DNA of 64,000 nucleotides from an uncultured delta proteobacterium (GTDB taxonomy: Bacteria > Desulfobacterota > Syntrophobacteria > BM002): contig CAVQGX010000042.1 in assembly GCA_963712115.1 (NCBI GenBank), positions 96,001-160,000 of the forward strand, written 5' to 3'. Positions 61,542 through 64,000 of the stretch are shown piece after piece. Both the position numbers and the translations under genes were made by a program. How positions within the stretch are numbered: the stretch's first letter is position 1; each line of letters begins with the position of its first letter. The notes beneath the pieces were generated by a model that saw only the letters and a program-made list of their open reading frames with translations, was not told the origin of the DNA and ran no database searches.

Positions 61542-61826
61542 CTAAAATGAACTAAAATGTGCTAAAGTGCCTAAAATTAAGGACTTAAGAGCTTTCAAAA
61601 TAATCTCGCAAATAGCGATCTTATTCCCAAAATCCGCTTTGCTCCTGGCGCGATTCGCTTCGCGGTAATTTGCACCAACAGAAGTACCTGATTTCGTCAT
61701 TTGAGTCCTCACTGCCCTCCCTTTTGGTGTATTCGGCAGAGACGACGAAAGACGAACAATGTCAATTGCAAATTGCTTCGTCCGCTCCTCCAACTCCTTT
61801 GCAAACTTCTTAATATTCCTCGCCAT
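61542..61826 (-). pseudogene. Four-helix-bundle (23S rRNA IVS protein/Avd-like) gene, 3'-deleted
   Basis: SGTSVGANYREANRARSKADF signature; truncated after KIAICE and reading on into the flanking repeat. Confidence 0.85.
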
Positions 61827-61894
61827 TAGCCCCTACTCTTTAGCTCATTTTAGACACTTTAGACACTTTAGGCATTTTAGGCATTTTAGATACT

Positions 61895-63314
61895 TCACAT
61901 CAACGCCCTGGCGGCGGCTCGGGCAAGCTCTAGCAGGTATTGGGGAAATACCCCAAGGACCAGCATTGCCGTTACCAGTGCTCCCGTGAGCATTTTGGTG
62001 GGAATGGACACTTGCAGGCGGGGCAAAGATTGATCCGACTCCAGGAGGTAGGCGGCTCTCACTACCAGAATGTAGTAGTAGAGAGAGATCACCACATTGA
62101 TCATGGCGATGAGCACCAGGGTGAAATAACCCTTCTTCATGGCAGCGGCAAAGACAAGGAATTTACCGGTGAAGCCAATGGTCGGCGGAATACCGGCCAG
62201 ACCAAAAACTCCCAGCATCAGAGCCATGGCCAGCATGGGGGAGCGACGATGTAACCCGGCCAGTTGGGCGATCTTCAGATCGCTGCCGTCATAGGCCACT
62301 TTGACCACCACCAAGAAGCAGGTGAACTTCATTATCAGATATGCCACGGCATAAAAGATGGCGCCGGCATATCCACTCTGATTCATGCTGAGAATCCCGA
62401 TAAGGACGTAGCCGGCGTGGGAGATACTGGAGTAGGCCAGCAACCGTCTTCATGTCTTTCTGCACGATTGCCACTAGATTTCCCAGAGTCATGGAAGCGA
62501 TGGAGAGAGTAACCAGTACGTGAACAAGATAGATGCTGCTGCCGCTGCTTAGGGCAACCATTCGGGTGAGGATAGCCACTGCCGCCACCTTCGAGGCTGT
62601 GGCAATGTAAGCGGTGACCTGATTTGCTGCTCCTTGGTAGGCGTCAGGAGCCCAAAAGTGAAAGGGGAAAACGGCTAGCTTAAAGAAAAACCCGCACAAG
62701 GTAAGGAGCAGGCCGATTATGGCGGCGGGCCTTCCTATGACGGAGGGAAGTACTGTTATAATCTCAGCCACATAAGTGGTGTGAACAACACCATAGAGAG
62801 AGGCTATGCCAAATAGCATCACCGCAGAAGTAAAGGCTCCCACCAGAAAGTACTTGATACCCGACTCCACATGAACTCCGTAGCCCTTCCGGAGTGGAAC
62901 CAGAAGGTAAAGGGAGTAACTGGAGAGTTCCAGGGCCACGTAGATCGTCAGCAACTCGACACTGCTGACCAGCAGCATCATGGCCAAGGTGCAGGTGGTC
63001 ATTAGAAGGTAGAATTCTGGATGGTGGTTCTCCTGAATCCCCTTGAGTTCAGAGCAGATGCAGATTACCAGGAAAAAACCTGTGGCTAGGACGAGTTTGA
63101 AGACCTGAGAAAATAGGTCCACCCGATAGACATTAAAGAATAGAGTTCCCTCCAGCTTGACTGAGGCCAGACAAACCACCACGCCTACAGTGGCCAGAAG
63201 GAGAGCGATGAAAAAATCCCTTTTGGGATTGGACTGCAACACCATAGCCAGGCAGAGGAATACACCTATCATCAACATGAAATACAGTTCAGGTATGAAC
63301 AAGCCCCATTGCAT
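61895..63314 (-). CDS. nuoN: NADH-quinone oxidoreductase subunit N, frameshifted near 62447
   Basis: ALELSS, ESGIKYF and [16 protein letters not shown], then [11 protein letters not shown] and [10 protein letters not shown] in the next frame; removing one base restores KDMKRLLAYSS. Confidence 0.9.
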
Positions 63315-63462
63315 AGGTGCAATCCACTACTGGGTAAAATGTCTAAAGTGCCTAAAGTTATTTTGCAGTGCCTAAAATGTTCTAAAATGTGCAAAAATGC
63401 CTAAAATTAAGGACTTAAGAGCTTTCAAAATAATCTCGCAAATGTCAGTCAAAGCCACGTTC

Positions 63463-63819
63463 CTATTTTTTTCCGATAGAAGTGAAAATAGCCAGTAGTT
63501 CACTACATTCATCATAATGAGGCTGCAATTCATCCCAGGACTTCCATCCTACTCCTGCAATTACTTCTAGCCATTACTGAGTTTCACTAGCCTCACTTTC
63601 GCAAATAGCAATCTTGTTCCTAAAATCCGCTTTGCTTCTGGCCCGGTTAGCTTCACGGTAATTGGCCCCAACAGATGTCCCTGCCTTGGTTAATTGAGTT
63701 CTAATGGTCCTTCCTTCCGGCGTATTTGGCAAACTCGATGAAAGACGGATGATATCGATTGCAAATTGCTTGGTTCGCTTCTCTAACTCCTTTGCAAACT
63801 TCTTAATATCTCTCGTCAC
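63463..63819 (-). pseudogene. Four-helix-bundle (23S rRNA IVS protein/Avd-like) gene with an in-frame TAA
   Basis: AGTSVGANYREA...EASETQ*WLEV...ELLAIFTSIGKK*. The TAA at 63574-63576 sits where the family has Tyr (ET.YWL). Confidence 0.85.
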
Positions 63820-63904
63820 AATCTGACGCCTTTATCTCGTTATAGACACTTTAGACATTTTAGACACTTTAGTTCATTTTAGGCATTTGAAATGCCGGTG
63901 GCCA

Positions 63905-64000
63905 TCACCACTTCAGGATGTTGTAAGTGTCCGGATCCAGTGAGCCTGTCCGTCTATAGGCATATATAATCAATGCCAGCCCCACAGACACTTCGGCTGC
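63905..64000 (-). CDS. nuoK: NADH-quinone oxidoreductase subunit K, C-terminal part (truncated by window edge)
   Basis: AAEVSVGLALIIYAYRRTGSLDPDTYNILKW* contains the conserved AAE...GLA motif of NuoK. Confidence 0.85.
   Translation of the reverse strand, partial: AAEVSVGLALIIYAYRRTGSLDPDTYNILKW

Noticed and set aside
63574-63576. Stop-codon recoding in the four-helix-bundle gene
   Set aside because: The codon is TAA at a Tyr position (one change from TAC/TAT), and TAA terminates many genes here; mutation or error is simpler.
61542-63819. Diversity-generating retroelement (Avd-like genes plus a repeated segment)
   Set aside because: No reverse transcriptase in the window. Differences between the copies are largely synonymous rather than adenine-specific, and no TR/VR pair was seen.

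Overview
This 64-kb chromosomal window comes from an anaerobic bacterium; the gene content suggests Desulfobacterota/deltaproteobacteria (inference). The coding content is mostly housekeeping: carAB-purF-KdsD-like, queD, tRNA-Met, IHF, ppdK, purB, an L,D-transpeptidase, a U32 protein, futalosine genes mqnB/mqnD, a divergent orphan dnaA, ddl, hypA-B-F-D-E (no hypC), two moeA genes, a thioredoxin reductase fusion, a core-MetE-like enzyme, an envelope/MscS cluster, and nuoK/nuoN at the right edge. The most striking signal is non-coding. Many intergenic gaps, including gaps inside apparent operons, hold degenerate 7-, 8- and 9-bp tandem-repeat arrays. These are arranged as inverted pairs, often nested inside one another, and recur in the same order at distant loci. 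Two such 9-mer-armed palindromes carry four-helix-bundle (23S rRNA intervening-sequence protein/Avd-like) genes around nuoN; the others are empty. I propose these belong to one dispersed, repeat-armed element system. Also seen: a two-copy MITE, an un-annotated 48-aa 4xCxxC miniprotein with its own promoter, RBS and terminator, a catalytically degenerate DHDPS-like protein, and several frameshifts that may be assembly errors. All calls come from reading the sequence by eye; no searches were run.
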